64,000 nt of DNA from assembly GCF_006345805.1 (NCBI RefSeq), contig NC_043005.1, forward strand, positions 90,954,001-91,018,000, in the 5' to 3' direction. The number at the start of each line of letters is the position of its first letter. Position 1 is the first letter of the stretch. The position numbers and the translations under genes are program-made. This DNA comes from Octopus sinensis (lineage: Eukaryota). The notes under the pieces are model-generated. The model was given only the letters and a program-made list of their open reading frames with translations. It did no database searches and was not told the origin of the DNA. Below are positions 52,170 to 64,000 of this stretch, piece after piece.

Positions 52170-52460
52170 TCATCATCATCATTTAACGTCCGTTTTCCAT
52201 GCTAGCATGGGTTAGACGGTTCGACTGGGGTCTGGGAAGCCAGGAGGCTGCACCAGGCTCCAGTCTGATCTGGCAGTGTTTCTACAGCTGGATGCTCTTC
52301 CTAACACCAACCACTCCGTGAATGTAGTGGGTGCTTTTTACGTGGCAATGGCCACGATCGGTTGGTGCTTTTTATGTGCCACCAGCACTGGTATTACAAC
52401 TACAATTTCCATTGATTTTTTTTATCGATTTCGATTTCACTTGCCTCAACAGGTTATGCA
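52170..52460 (-). mobile_element. RTE 3' UTR fragment, inverted
   Basis: (CAT)n then the reverse complement of the 3' tail. Confidence 0.8.
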
Positions 52461-52929
52461 TACATGGATAGCTGCATCATCAAGAAGTAAATTCTCTGAG
52501 GTTGAAAGGAAGAAGTTACCATTAAACACATAGAAATATACTACTATATGCAATTTTGTATCTGCAGTTCAGAATGACATATATCATATGGTGAAAAAAC
52601 CTGTGAGAAGTATTGAAGAACGTTAGCAAGTGAAAAAGAAACTTAGACTTTTTATATTGCAAAAGCTTAAAAACAGAAAAAATGCAGAACACAATTAGAA
52701 AGAGATAAAACAATATTACTTCATGGATGATTTTGGAGAAACAAGATCAGAGATGATCTGGCGCTAAACAAAACTAATATCAAAACTCAGTGTATTCAGT
52801 CATTGAAATTTAAGTGTCTTAGGCACAATATCTGATCTGAAAGTAATGATTTTTTAAGAGAGAGGAAAGGATTTGATTTTCCCTTTTCCAAAGTAGTCTG
52901 CAATACAAACTTTTTTGTTGTAGCTACTG

Positions 52930-53240
52930 AAGAGTAAAGGGTAAAGACCCTCCCCCGCTCCATCCTTGCAGTCATGAATGACCATGTGATTACACCTAGA
53001 AAGTTCCCTTCTAAGACACACGTCTGGGCAAGGTTGTTTATAGAAGACCTGCAGTTGCCCATGCATACCAGCCGCCCCTCTCCATGCCACCAATGTTATC
53101 CAAGGGAAAGGCCAATACAGCTTGGCACCAATGGCATTGCAACTCTTTTCTACAGCTGAGTGAACAAGAGCAACATGAAACAAAGTATCTTGCTAAAGAA
53201 CACAACACAGTCTGGTCTGGGAATCGAACTCACTACCACT
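52930..53240 (-). mobile_element. Further SINE family (D), inverted
   Basis: Minus B-box-like GAGTTCGATTCCC followed by tgttgtgttctttagcaagatacttt. Confidence 0.55.
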
Positions 53241-53261
53241 GAGTTCTACTGAGCCTTGTGC

Positions 53262-53342
53262 TGAAAATTTACATTACCGTTTATGGGAGGAAAGTGATTG
53301 ACACTATCACTTTCCTCCCATAAACTGTAGTGTAGATTTTCA
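53262..53342. repeat. 81-nt hairpin
   Basis: Perfect 20-bp core gtttatgggaggaaagtgat/atcactttcctcccataaac, 7-nt loop, stem extends to ~37 bp. Confidence 0.9.
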
Positions 53343-53516
53343 CAACAGACTCTGCTAACATTTTTAGAAGTGAAAGAACCATACTCAAATTACACCATTT
53401 TTAAAGAAGTCTTATTATAATTTAGTGACCCTACTGGTAAAGTACGGTCACTTTCACAGTGATCATTATGTATATGGCAAATGAAAGACGGAAGATAGAA
53501 TATGTATGTATGTATG

Positions 53517-53563
<47 letters not shown>

Positions 53564-53567
53564 TACA

Positions 53568-53599
<32 letters not shown>

Positions 53600-53877
53600 G
53601 GCGATCCAGAGAAACTCAAAGTTAAAGTTTAACCAGGATAAGCAGACAAGAGCTGAATTTTTCCAATTGGATGCCGGTCTATTACAGTTAACACTTCCTA
53701 TATCTTGGTGGCCCAAGATATGCAAGTGGTGAGGATCTAGACAATTTAGCATGATAGGGAAATAAAAGGGATAAAAAAAAAAGTACAGGGATGTGATGTA
53801 TGATATATAAAGTAACAAAAGGACAGAACGATAGATTTCAATATACACACAAAAGAGAGAGAGAGAGTTAGACAGAC

Positions 53878-54003
53878 CTTTTCAACAAGTTCTTCAAATG
53901 CACACTGAACACCTTCTCTTGTCTTTGCACTTGCTTCAATAAACAGCATGTGGTGTTTACGGGCAAACTTTAAACCTTCTTCTTTGCTTACTTCTCTCCT
54001 TTC
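53878..54003 (-). CDS. RAB18: Rab18 GTPase exon (G5 EASAK)
   Basis: tttgtttcag|GAA...AAG|gtctgt; 126 bp; ERREVSKEEGLKFARKHHMLFIEASAKTREGVQCAFEELVEK. Confidence 0.95.
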
Positions 54004-54829
54004 CTGAAACAAATACATTAAGAAAAGTTACTACTATCAGATGGTACAAAGAATAAATTGAGAAGTTAAGTTACACCCCAAGGCACAACAAATACAGGTA
54101 AAATGGTGAAGGAAGAAAATAAAGAAAACAATTTATAATTGGCTAAATTTGGAATTTGTCAAGTTGAGTGTTTGGCTTCCCCATTATGGTGAATTGTTTA
54201 AGCCCGGATAGTAGAAGTTGGTTGCCTTATGTGATATTGTTGATAGTGGAATATGCTGCATCATTTTAACTGACAAAGGAATACTGACTACAGCTATTTA
54301 TGGGGCATTTATATTCATATACACCAAAGTACAATAGCAGACAATTTTCTAAAATTTCCATTATCATGAACAATCAAGCAATGGAAGTACTGGCAAATTT
54401 ATGATTTTTTGATCAGCTATATGTAGTTCAAACCTAAATCATACCCATATTCAACTGTTCCAGAGTTATCAAACTGTTACTTTACAAGCAACCAAACAGC
54501 AGCACTGACATAAAAATATAGTGCAAATAGAGGATAAAGAAGAACTTCTAGGTACTGATAGAGAGTGTAGAAAGCTAGAGATAAATGAAAGTAGTAATAT
54601 ATAAGACTATAAAAAGTTAAGTCGCACATGGAAAAGTGACACATTACAAAGATACATGTAAAACACTGTATTAATTACAGACACATCCAAAACATGCCAT
54701 CATGGAAAAAAGAAACATTAAACTAACAAAGATGGTAAAAACCAGCCAATGAACAAGAATCCTACAATTAAATGTTGTTGAAAAAGACATCACACACACA
54801 CAAAAATACAAATATATATATGTGCCAAG

Positions 54830-55201
54830 AGCACCATCAGAGTGTGATCGTTGCCAGAGCAGCCAACTGGCTTCCATGCCAGTGGCACGTAAAAGGGCAC
54901 CATTCAAGCGTGATCGTTACCAAAGTCACCTTACTGATACCTGTGCTGGTAGCATGTGTAAAAAGGATTCGAACAAGGTCATTGCCAGTACCGCCTGACT
55001 GGCCCCTGTGCCGGTGGCACGTAAAAAGCACCCACTACACTCTCGGAGTGGCTGGTGTTAGGAAGGGCATCCAGCTGTAGAAACTCTGCCAAATCAAGAT
55101 TGGAGCCTGATGCAACCATCTGGTTCGCCAGCCCTCAGTCAAAATCGTCCATCCCATGCTAGCATGGAAAGCGGACGCTAAACGATGATGATGATGATGA
55201 T
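54830..55201 (+). mobile_element. RTE 3' UTR fragment
   Basis: ggcacgtaaaaagcacc modules, ggaagggcatccagctgtag, (GAT)n. Confidence 0.85.
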
Positions 55202-55729
55202 GTGTGTGTGTGTTATATTGTTAACATGATTTTTAAAATGTCAAATGACCAATTGGTCTTTTTGATTACACACACACACAAATCAGCATATCTACAATCA
55301 TGTGCAAGTAAATGATAAGTGATGAGAAAAGTTGAAACTTCACACATCCAGCAGGTGACATCTGAAAATGTGGAGAACGTGAAGATTGAAGATGGTATTT
55401 TCACCGATATGTTAAAAATCAAATACGTTTGACAAATTAACAAATTAAAGAATGTGTCACAGAGTAACCAGCACTTGTATATAACTAATACAGCCATGTG
55501 TCACAGAAAACAGAACTATTAGGTAAGTATACAACATCTAACACCAATAAAACTAATACAGCCATACCATTTAGAAATTATTTGACAATGTTATATTTCC
55601 AATCAATGAAAATATAATAAACTTGAAAGATTTCAATAATGTCTTTTGGTTGTTATTTTTTTTGTTACTTCTTTGTCCAATCATACAGCTCTTCCCCTCC
55701 TCTCAATTCTCAAACTATCAATTGGCTCA

Positions 55730-56330
55730 GTGGAAAGATGAGGCTTATCCCAGTTTCAACATTGGCGGGCATCCTAACATCTGCAAGAGACTGGCAGCTA
55801 CTGGTGGATCTTGAGCGTCGGCTGAAGTTCCCTGGCCACATTGCGGTCACCACCCTGTTACCAGACATTGTCCTCATGTCCGAGTCCACCAAGCAAGCAG
55901 TGCTGCTGGAGCTTACTGTCCCATGAGAAGATAGCCTGGCAGAAGCTTTTGAAAGAAAGCTCTCCAAGCACACGGGTCTGGTGAGTGACTACCAGCAGGC
56001 TGGTAGGAGAGCAAGGTGTCTCACAGGAGAGGTTGGATGCAGGGTTTCACAGCCTGTAACCTGACCAGAGCCTTCAGCAGTTTGGGCATCGAGGGAGTGT
56101 GAAGGAGAAAAGCCATCCGCAATACCACTGATGCAGGAGAGAGGGCCTCAAGATGGTTGTGCATCAAAAGAGGAGAGCCATGGGGTAGCTAGCTGGTCAT
56201 CTGGACTCAAGCTGGGGTGTGATCAGCCCCAGCTGGGTTACCTGGAGGAGGGTATATAATGTTGAAAGACCCGAAACAGCTAATGATACTAGGCACATCA
56301 CTGAAGATGTGTCCAGATGCATCAGTCATT
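55730..56330 (+). mobile_element. HERO-like (R2 superfamily) non-LTR 3' end with restriction-like endonuclease
   Basis: GILTSARDWQLLVDL...LLPDIVLMSESTKQAVLLELTVP*EDSLAEAFERK; terminal hairpin ggcacatc/gatgtgtcc. Confidence 0.8.
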
Positions 56331-58079
56331 GATGTATGCACACAACAATATAACCGAGGCACTCCCTTCTCCACACAATTACTGGATAAGGTACTATCTT
56401 CAAGTAAACAACCAAATGGCATTCCTTTACTTTCGTCAGACTGATTGATTGGTCAGAACTAGCAAAGAAGTAAGCCTATATGAGCAACATGGCAACTGAA
56501 ACAGACAACATCAATGAGAGCAATAGCAACAGTAACAAGAACATTGATAGCAACAACAGATGAATATTTCTATACAACCAATCAATTTGGAAAGATGAGC
56601 AGCAAAAGAAAAGCAAAGAACATAAAGATATTTATGATGGAATAGGAAAAAGGTGGGGGAAAGAAGGAATGGTAAATAAGAAAAGAATGCAAATGTAGAA
56701 ACAAAGAACAAAAATTGCAGGAGTTTCAGAAGGAAAGTGGTGGGGATGGAGTGATTGAAAAGAAAAAAAAATGTAAAAAAAGAAGAATTAGAAAGGAAGG
56801 AAAGAATCAATGTTAAAAAAGAATAAATGAATTTAAAAAAAGGGATAAAAGAGAAGAAATAGACTGAAGGAACAAAAGATCTAGAAAAAAAATAACAAAT
56901 ATGAGGAATTCAAGAAAACAAATGTATAAATCAAATCCAATATTATTCAGCTCCTAGAAACCAAAATTTCAAATGTTCTTCATTCGATTGATTCAGGATA
57001 AGAAACCCCCAGCCCCACAATTAATTACATAATGTTTCAGCCTCAAATTAGTTGTAAATTTTCAAGTGAGGTAAGCTCTCGCTTCAATTTAAATCCCAGT
57101 TTGAGACCATTTTCACTTTGCTTATGATTCAAAGAATTGCTTGAAATGATTAAACTTTACACCTAACAGAATGAGGCAATAAAGAATTCCTGTGGGGTTA
57201 TAAGCTGTTGTTTAGCTACAAGTCAACTCTGAAAGACCAAAGGCATTTCAACTATGACTATGATTATGTACCATTCCCCACTAATTTTTATTTTGTTATA
57301 CAATGTTTCCTTCTTTTCTTAAAAAGGTTTAGTATGATTGGAGGGAGATTTGGTTGCTATTTCTAGCAAGCTGAAAACCATGTAATAAGACAGTATGACT
57401 TGGTCAATCCACACCAGGATGGAAAGTTGACATAAAATGATGATGATTAATAAATTACTCAAGAATACAACATAAATCTATAAATATAAAGTGATAAAAT
57501 AAAACAGAAAGAACAAATATCTAATACCCCATACAAAGAAAATATGTGTACTACGACCTTAAAGTATCTTCTGTGATAAAAATTTGTTTCTATGACTGTT
57601 ATACGTGTGTGTGTGTGTGTATGTGTGTGTGTGTGTGTGTCTCTGTGTGTGTGTGTCTGTGTGTGAGAGAGAGAGAGAGAGAAAGAGAGAAATTTCATTG
57701 TGCTTAAAATGCACTTCCAGGAAAGTATATATAGCGTAGTACATAAATGTTTATATTTTAATAAGGAATTATTAGGTTTATAGCAGCAGAATTAATAAAC
57801 CTCGGTGAAGTTAATGATACAGTCACTAAAATATACATATACATACATTGGTAACTAAAGGGGACTTAAAATTTAATGATGAAAGACAACACAAAGAACA
57901 GAAAGCCTATAAAAATAATGACCAACCTCATTTTACCAAAAAACAGAAACAAGGCTAAAAAGGAAGGATAAGGGCCAAGATTCAGCTAAATTTTTGCAAA
58001 ATATGATCATCACTGTGATGAATTGTTTTAGATAAATAAATGCAGTTCAATTGACTTTCATTGCCAACCTGTCCAATAA

Positions 58080-58780
58080 TTACTTCCATACCATAACCAA
58101 GGCTTATATTAGTTTTTTGACTGCTATTTCAATTCAGTCAAACATGCAGCAGACTAAGGTGCTATAACAACATATATAAGACAGTGAGTGCAAATAGAAA
58201 GGGGTATTGTTGGATATTAAAAAAAAAATTATAAGAGGTGAAATAATCCAATGGCAAAAAGGAAATCTGTTCATGACTGCATACAAAGACAAGAAAGGAA
58301 ATTAATATTCTTTTCACTTGTACTTAAATACATGTGGAAGAAAAACGCACACCATTTGTAAAGCTCAATGACAATAGCTACATGGATGGTGTAGATTAGA
58401 TGGATCAAATGAGGTACTATTACACAATTGATGGACAGGATAATAAGATGTGATGGTATCTGGTTTGGGATTTAGTAAATATGAGTATTGTGAATATTTT
58501 TGTTTCTTATCATATACCAAATTGCAATGTGTCTCAAAAAAAAAAAAGAAAAAGAAAACACTTGAAAAACAAAAACCTCTCAGAAAGATATCCCTTGATT
58601 TCGCCCTTCATTCTATGAAGGCCAACCAAATTCAGAGATTCCAGTGCTGAGAATACCAGCATCAAAAAAGGAAAGCTCTCAGTAGATAGGTATCCTGCAA
58701 GATTGCATTGCATAGAATGTAATGCATTGCAACATTCCATTAAAGAAATATTATTTTGCACCTATCTAATATAATTTTGT
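58080..58780 (+). pseudogene. piggyBac (PGBD-like) transposase relic
   Basis: FFDCYFNS; MDGVD*MDQMRYYY...WYLVWDLVNMSIVN; remnants of a Cys-rich tail; many stops. Confidence 0.55.
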
Positions 58781-61700
58781 AAAAAAAATTTGTTTCTCAA
58801 TTTACCTGGTTTTCAATATTTTTCATTTTATTTACTATAAAGTGAGTGATAACTTCTTAATTGTATTACTGAAGCTTTTCACCGTTATTGCATGCTGTAT
58901 TTATACATCTAAATTTCATTTTAACTTTCTTCAAACATTTTTTCATACTATTTGTTTTAACTTTATGGCACACTTGTTTTATAGGCTATCATGTTCAAAT
59001 GAAAACCTGGTAACATGCATGATTGTTCTATATAACAATTCCCTTACATATATCAAAGCTGAATATTGGCTAATAACAATTATATATGGTGATATTTAAA
59101 CTAATTATTTAACTTCACATGTCACTAAATTCAACTATATTTATATGTACTTAGAAGTAATTTATGCTATGTTGTGAGACGAAAATTCTACCATAAACAC
59201 CACATTTATGTATCACTAGAAATAGCAACCCAAATGCATTTAAATCAGATCCCAATGCTGGATGCTCAAGAACCAAATGAAGGGCAGATTTTCAATCCCA
59301 GGATCATCCTGATTCCAAAAAGGTATAATACGTTGATGCAGAGCAAATGTAGACTTGAGATACAGAGGGTCCCGGAAAGACAAAATTTCATGTTTATTAT
59401 TAGATGTAAACAGAAAAATACTATTTTTTTACAAAACCAAAATTCTCAATTCTTTTGAAATTTAATGAAACACACAAGTGTTTCAAAGGTGATGTATTTT
59501 AGTAACAGAAGAGTGAACCAATTTAATATACAAAAGAAATTTCATGTTCCCAGTCCCATTTTTATTGCTGTCATCTGTTTTACATTAGTTTGTTCAAGCT
59601 GGTACTGTTACATACATCGCAATCATATACTTCATTTATTGATGATGCAACAAATTGATATTTTATGTCAGGAAGGTCAAAATCTTGAGTACAACAAAAA
59701 AAGTACATCTCTAAAACTGCTGCCTGTATTTTTTTTTTCATGAAAATAGTTTACTGATAGTGACCTTGTCCTATGAATTTGAACCTTCAATACTTTGAAT
59801 AGTCTATTGTTTGGGTTAGCTCATTTTTGTATAATTTTTGACTTCCTGTACAATAATAGTAAGAAATGCTCAATCCAAAACATTGATGGGTCAAATTCAT
59901 GTGACAAGACCACTACCAGTAAACTATTTTCATTCAAAAGCAAGCAGCAGTTTTAGCAGCATACTTTTTTGTTATGCTTGGGATTCTGACATTCTTCACA
60001 ATATTTACAATTGGATATCCTTCCTATTAAACAACCATTATGATCAAGTTAGATCTTTTTAAAATCATGACAAGGTTTCTTTCCAAATTACACCTCACAA
60101 ACCCTGCTATTAATTTACATGCCTGATATTCAAATATTGAGTACATTATGTATGTGAGTATAATTAGTATATGTATGCAGAATGGTACAGCAGTAGAATA
60201 AATATCTTACAATATTTAGTTTTGCCCATCTAGACTCTGAATTCAAATACCACTGGAGTCAACATCACTTTTCATTCTTCTAATCATGTTAAACTACAGT
60301 CTTCCCCCCATAAGCAATTGTGATTTTGTGCCAATATAAGAAATCAGTATTACTTCCTGGGCCAAGACAATAGAGAACTGTATTGGATGTTTACAATACC
60401 CAGAGTTCTTGATTGCAATCCAGCATGGTCAACTGTCTGGGGTTAATAAAAAACATGCAACAGTAACAGTCTTTTGGGGAGTCAAGAATTCATGATTCCA
60501 ATCAATATAATAATACATATTGGCAGTGTATTATGTAATGTGTTGGGTAGCCAGGCAGCCCCTCTACAGCAAGACACCTGTTCTGCACTGCTCTCATACT
60601 TTATCTATTCGCCTGCTAGCATGAAGCAACTTATCTTGGGGTTCATAATTATGCAAGCTGCATGGATAACTCACTAGTGTTGGTGCCTCAAAAAAGCACC
60701 CAGTACTCACTGATTGGCATTAGGAAAGCATCCAATTGTAGGAACCATGCCAAAGTAGATAGTGAAACAAGATGCAGTTTTTAGATCCATTAGATCCTGT
60801 CAAACCGTCCAACCTATTCCATGGTTGTTAAATGATGTTGATTATGTAAAATAGTTCTTTCAATAAAGTAACAGGTGCCTGTAGCAAGCATTTACATCAT
60901 GAATGAACTTCAACAAATAACTTTCAAATTCTGCACAAGGTGTATGCATCTAACATCTAGTTTGTATATCGCATCTCACGCATATTGTACACACATCCTG
61001 CTTCTGTTATAAAATGCAGAGGTATCCAGCATCTAGTATGCAATGCAAAGACACCGTGCAAAAAAAAATCAAAAACAAGGGCAATTTAAAACCTTATTTT
61101 CTTATAATAAATGGTGAGAGAAAGCTTTACATTTTTTTAAAACCTAACTTCAGAGAAATTAACATAGAAACAAGGATTGGCAATAAGTAAGAAAAGGTAT
61201 AATGAAGGAAATAGCTGAGGTACATGGGAGAGGCAGAACGACAATCAAAGCAAAACTGTGTGGTTTTTTTTAGTTGTTATTTTTTTTACTCACAGCTGTA
61301 GACATTCCGTTGCTATCAACATACTGTAAAAAGACAGGGTATTAGTTGACAAAAGGGTAATAACAAATCATGCAAACAGCAGCCACTAAAACAAAACACT
61401 TGTTATCAGTAGTAATCAAGAACTGTTGTTGTTAGTGATGAGTTACAATTTTGGGTTACCAATCTTTTAATGACAGAATTCAGAAGTTATATCAGTATTA
61501 AAAATTAAATACATTATATTACTAATGTCACAATATTGCACAATTAATGTTACAATATCATGTTACAGAAGTACAAAATGATATTACTGATAATACAATA
61601 TCGCATTTCTTCTTTGGGTATGAAACCCAGTCTTTCACAAAATCAGTAAAATGGTAGCAACTTTCAGTCATTAATGATAAGAATAATGATGACAATATCA

Positions 61701-62259
61701 GTTTCGCTTTCCATAACTACCGTTTCAAGTTCAATCTCAATGGACTGTGTTCTTGGGCTAGTGTCTTCTACCATTACTTCAGATTAACGAAAGCCCCATG
61801 AATTAAATTTGGTGGACAGAAGATTGTGTGGAAGCCTGCTGGGAAAAGTGGGGGGGAGTAATTTGCTCTTTATCTGGCCCTTGAATGTCTTTATTTGAGT
61901 TCACTCTGTTGCAAACATTCACATCATATCTGTGGTCCTCACACCAGTCTTAAGAGCTCTGGAAAAAACTACCATTCCTCCTCTATCTGCTGATAAATGC
62001 AATTTTTGCTTATTTAGAAGAAGCTGAGTAGATTCATTCATTTTTATGTCTGTTTCTCCACATTAGCATAGGTTGAATGAATATATTATTCTGGCATTGT
62101 TTTACAGCCAGTTGCCCTTCCTGTCACCAACCCATACCTGTTTTACAAGTTAGGGATGTCTTATCTCGTATGTCTTTGAAGATGCAAAGTCTATAAATGA
62201 CCTGTTGAGAGGGAAAAAGACAGCAACATCACTGCATGTATATGTTGGGCTTCTTTCAG

Positions 62260-62663
62260 TTACTCTCTTACTCTTTCTCTTTTACTTGTTTCAGTCATTT
62301 GACTGTGGCCATGCTGGAGCACCACCTTTAGTCGAGCAAACTGATCCCAGCCTAGTGCTTATTCTATCGGTCTCTTTTGCCAAACCGCTAAGTTACAGGG
62401 ACGTAAACACACCAACATCGGTTGTCAAGCAATGTTGGGGGGGACAAACACAGACATACAAACGTATACACACACATGCATACATATATATACATATATA
62501 CGACTGACTTCTTTCAGTTTCCGTCTACCAAATCCACTCACAAGGCTTTGGTTGACCCGAGGCTATAGTAGAAGACACTTGCCCAAGGTGCCACGCAGTG
62601 GGACTGAACCCAGAACCATGTGGCTGGTAAGCAAGCTACTTACCACACAGCCACTCCTGCACC
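62260..62663 (-). mobile_element. SINE family A, inverted
   Basis: Reverse complement of the 18780 copy. Confidence 0.9.
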
Positions 62664-63363
62664 TAAATCAGCCATGCCTGTCAACTAAGTCCTCTCATAA
62701 TATTTTGATTGGCTCAGGACTATAACAGAAAACCTTTTCCTGTGCCATTCAATAAAACTAAACATAATACATGAGGTTCAGAAACAAACGTCTTAAACAT
62801 GCAGCCATCCTGAGCCTTAATATACTGAACAAACAAAAAAAAAAAATACTAAATGAAACAAGCATTAAAACTGCACATCAAAATTGTCCCAACATAACCA
62901 CACCCAACTCCAACACACTAATACCATCTAAAACACCACCACTCCTTGCAACCCCAATACAAGTGAGCCAACAATAGTCTTTATTTGGTTACTCATGGTG
63001 CTAGAAATAGCAGCCAAATCTCATTCAAATCACAGCCTACCATCTTGTATAATGTATGCTTGAGAAAAGAAAAAAAAGAGATGCATTGATAACCTGTTGA
63101 CAAAGAAAAAGACAGTAACGTCACAACATGCAAACACGTGGGCTTCTTATAGTCTCGGTCTACCAAATCCACTCACAAGGCTTTAATTGGCCCAGAACAA
63201 TAGTAGAAAATTCTTGCCCATGCCTTCTAATAAGACCGAACGTGATCCGCAAAGTACAGAAGCAAATACTTTCAATCATAGGACTTCTTCATCAAGTTTG
63301 ACTTGGGGTTAAACCACAACACCCAACCCCATTGCACCCACCATTGTCCCTATTAGAACTTAC

Positions 63364-63482
63364 CTTATCAATCTTGTTGCCTACGAGCATCTTGACCAGG
63401 TCGTGTTTAGTGGCAAAGGTTTCCAATTCATTCAGCCAGGCATCAAGTTTGCTGAATGACTGTTTACTGCACACATCATAAA
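63364..63482 (-). CDS. RAB18: Rab18 GTPase exon (G4 NKID motif)
   Basis: tttgtttcag|TT TAT...AAG|gtaagt; 119 bp; (V)YDVCSKQSFSKLDAWLNELETFATKHDLVKMLVGNKIDK; 5' exons lie beyond the window. Confidence 0.93.
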
Positions 63483-64000
63483 CTGAAACAAAAATATGGA
63501 GAAACTGTAGAGTTCAATAAGTTAGCAATAGACAGAACCAGCCCACATTTGTGGTTAATAATAATCCTTTCTACTAAAGGCACAAGGCCTGAAATTTTGC
63601 AGGTTGGGGACTAGTTGATTACACCGACTCCACTGTTTCACTGGTACTTAATTTATCGACCCTGAAAGGATAAAAGGCAAAGTCAACCTTGGCGGAATTT
63701 GAACCCAGAACATGAAGACAGACAAAATACTGCTAAGCATTTTGCCCGGTGTACTAATCATTCTGCCAGCTCGCTATCTATTATTATTATTATTATTGAG
63801 TGAGAGAGCAGTGCATGCCATCAAAGTGACACTGGGGTAAAATATACGAAGCCCAGTATACCCATCATGACTACCCGTCTGATAAGGGTACACCAGGCAC
63901 ATGCATCACAACCACATGTGCGCGACATGGTGATCTCATATCAAGATAAACAGCACATGACCTTGCAGGTGGGGCCCAGTTAGAAATTTCTTCAGGTTGA

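Overview
AT-rich, microsatellite-laden metazoan genomic DNA, most likely a coleoid cephalopod such as Octopus (inferred from the repeat families and composition, not from a search). Two convergent spliced genes are present. On +, eight 3' exons (2219-24751) encode the single, catalytically intact domain of an R3-type (PTP10D/PTPRB-like) receptor tyrosine phosphatase. On -, the last three exons (63482-47414) encode Rab18. Most of the rest is transposon-derived: RTE, CR1-type and HERO-type LINE fragments, at least four SINE families, a decayed hAT interrupted by a 4.0-kb Gypsy element, a solo LTR of that family, two non-autonomous Helitrons, a TIR MITE, mariner and piggyBac relics, and three long hairpins. 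The best leads are a Gypsy primer-binding site complementary to the first 12 nt of tRNA-Phe rather than a tRNA 3' end, a repeated H-type pseudoknot module in the RTE 3' UTR, two SINE/LINE shared-tail pairs, long hairpins in the last Rab18 intron, and a candidate Rab18 microexon. All coordinates were read by hand; TE boundaries without a TSD or TIR are approximate.
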